From Aplysia californica (lineage: Eukaryota), in contig NW_004797434.1 of the NCBI RefSeq assembly GCF_000002075.1, positions 435,529 through 497,286 on the forward strand: a stretch of DNA of 61,758 nucleotides, given 5' to 3'. The translations under genes were made by a program, and so were the position numbers. The notes under the pieces were generated by a model. The model was not told the origin of the DNA. It made no database searches and saw only the letters and a program-made list of their open reading frames with translations. Numbering within the stretch: the first letter of the stretch is position 1; the number at the start of each line of letters is the position of its first letter. This document shows positions 59,448 through 61,758 of this stretch, piece after piece.

Positions 59448-60109
59448 GTGCTTTCATTTAATTAAGTTACTGCGCCCATGAGTAAGTATTACGCGTTTGG
59501 GATTGACGCTATCATTTTATAGGCTCTTGAATGAGCAGGAATACCACAGTATATTACTTTATTTTTCGCCCTAAAAAGTGCTGAAAAAAATACCGTTAAA
59601 TTGTTTATAAAACTACGTTCTAGACCTTGACCATTCCAATTTGCAGCGCGCTTTGTGACGACCCATACAGTAAATCTCACAGAAGTTTCCATCGTTTAAA
59701 CCGCGATAATGGGTTCTGAAACACATGGTCATGACCTAGTTAAAAACGTATCGGTACCGAGAGGAGCGTAGACCAGCATACTATAACGTTCTCCTCGACC
59801 AGTACACGATGTAAAGGTCACAGGATGGTGTGAGGGCAGCTCTATTGATTCAATGAAACCCCAGTGAATATAGCAGTTACTAAAAAGTGAACATTGAAAA
59901 CCTCATGAAGGTATGAGTCTGCCCGCTAGATCGTCAGGCCAAAATTTTGTTGGTTTGTTTTGGGGTTGTTGTTTTTTCGTAAAGCGCGCTTAGAATTAGG
60001 CGAGTGCGTGCGCGCGTGTGTGTGGGTGGTGGGTGTTATTTGTGTTTTAATTAATGCCGTCCTTGTTTTTATAGCTCAATTAATTGAAATCACTGCTGCG
60101 ATTAAAGTA

Positions 60110-60285
60110 GCTTATGACGGGTTTTGCAGAGTTTGCAACACAAATAGGTCATAGGTGCCGAAGATTAGGTAATATAACGAGAGATAGTAACATGCAAAGA
60201 AAAGATGGGGGGGGGGGGGAATAAGGACGAGTTGTTTGATGGGAGAGAATGAGCAAACAATACCAGAACACTCGTCATCCACCAA
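60110..60285 (-). mobile_element. Family A short retro-element (diverged)
   Basis: Reverse-complement match including CGGCACCTATGACCTATTTGTGTTGCAA. Confidence 0.65.
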
Positions 60286-61139
60286 CAATGAAAAAATATA
60301 TATTTTTCTTATATTTCATATAGTTTGTATCAATTCTGATCGAAGTCTTACGATGTACGACTTTGGATACCCACTGGCAAACTTAGCCTAATTTAATCGC
60401 TCCAATTCTCGCTCTCAGCCCCAGAAAGACATGAACACCACGGCATGAACCTTGCTCGGTGTTCAAACACTCTAGGCTGCTGACTGTCATAGGCTTACCT
60501 ATTCACAGCAGCTCCGTGGACCGAGATATGTAGGGTAAAGTATTTTATTATTCCTCCAGCCAAACATACCATTAATTCCACCACAAAATATGAGTTCTAA
60601 TCAGCGTTAGTATTTATAGGCTACCCTTGTCGTTTCCTAATTGTTGTCATATAATTAATTAAACAGGCTACGGGCGGCATAATAGGCCTATGTGGTATAG
60701 TGGTCGGTACTTCGCTGTCGCACGCAGAAGACCCGAGTTCGGTTCTTGTATGAGGACAATTTTTTATGGAGCATTATAATAGGTCTTTCTGATTATAGGC
60801 CTATATGTTGTACACGTATCCCCTCAGCCCCAGACTGTTCGGGTTCACCCTGTATACTGCAGAAGTCAAGCCAGCCACCTGAATGCTCTAAATCAGTTGG
60901 GGAGGGGGGGGGGGGCGATGTAAAAACTCGCACAATAAAAATAGGCACGTTTTTATTTTGGACTTACTCATTTTCTTAATCGATATCAGTTTTACTGGAA
61001 GCGTTTAAGTTGCCAGTGGGCTTCTATATCTGCTTCTACCGCTGAAGTTGTTATATACAATTATCAAAATTTCATTTTTATCCCTTGAAAACGTTGGTCT
61101 TAATTAATTCACTTTGAACAGTAACTGAAATCAAAATTT

Positions 61140-61269
61140 NNNNNNNNNNNNNNNNNNNNNNNNNNNNNNNNNNNNNNNNNNNNNNNNNNNNNNNNNNNNN
61201 NNNNNNNNNNNNNNNNNNNNNNNNNNNNNNNNNNNNNNNNNNNNNNNNNNNNNNNNNNNNNNNNNNNNN
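61140..61269. other. Assembly gap
   Basis: Run of N. Confidence 1.
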
Positions 61270-61664
61270 AGTAACGGTCACAGAAATAACATTAGCGTTT
61301 TCTTTATTGGGAAAATTCGGTGCTGAAATTAGGAATGAGAAAAAAAAATATTTGTAAGTGTTTAGCTTCAATGTCAAAGGTTAGAATGCCGGTAGAGTCA
61401 ATGTCACACTTGAGTCACTTGAGAGTGTACTTTGTAACTAATGTCATGATGCAGATATAGGTATATTGCCACCATATACCCTGCCCACCTTGAATAAACG
61501 AATGAAAAGTAGTTGAAAACACAAGCTTCTACGAGTGATAGGTACGGCATCTAGGCAAAGAAAGTCGTTTTGACTTTCTATCTGCTCTGAAAACGTAACC
61601 AAGTGTGTTTGATAACCATGCACTCACCCCAGCCATTTTTCTTCCTCTCTCTCTCTGCAACCTT

Positions 61665-61752
61665 TCTTCTTCTTCTTCTTCTTCTTCTTCTTCTTCTTCT
61701 TCTTCTTCTTCTTCTTCTTCTTCTTCTTCTTCTTCTTCTTCTTCTTCTTCTT
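61665..61752. repeat. (CTT)n microsatellite
   Basis: Seen directly. Confidence 0.95.
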
Positions 61753-61758
61753 CTACTA

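Noticed and set aside
59157-59465. ORFs with SL/RE dipeptide runs
   Set aside because: Artefacts of the (CT)n microsatellite.

Overview
This is eukaryotic (invertebrate animal, probably lophotrochozoan-like) genomic DNA with three complete spliced genes that I reconstructed by eye from GT-AG junctions. RPL18A (+, 5 exons, 176 aa) has a TCT/5'TOP start. MDM1, the centriolar microtubule-binding protein (+, 17 exons, about 805-813 aa), is convergent with transketolase TKT (-, 11 exons, 625 aa). The introns are rich in MITEs, SINEs and LINE relics. Four observations stand out. (1) RPL18A intron 3 holds four tandem box H/ACA snoRNAs of the SNORA68/U68 family in two subtypes, and their 5' hairpins appear to guide a second 28S site. 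(2) MDM1 has two paralogous versions of exon 2 that cannot both be included. (3) A family of short retro-elements shares covarying 3' stem-loops, is almost perfectly co-oriented with host transcription and often ends just upstream of 3' splice sites. (4) MDM1 intron 4 contains an internal copy of its own splice junctions. No database search or folding program was run; homology calls rest on remembered family motifs.
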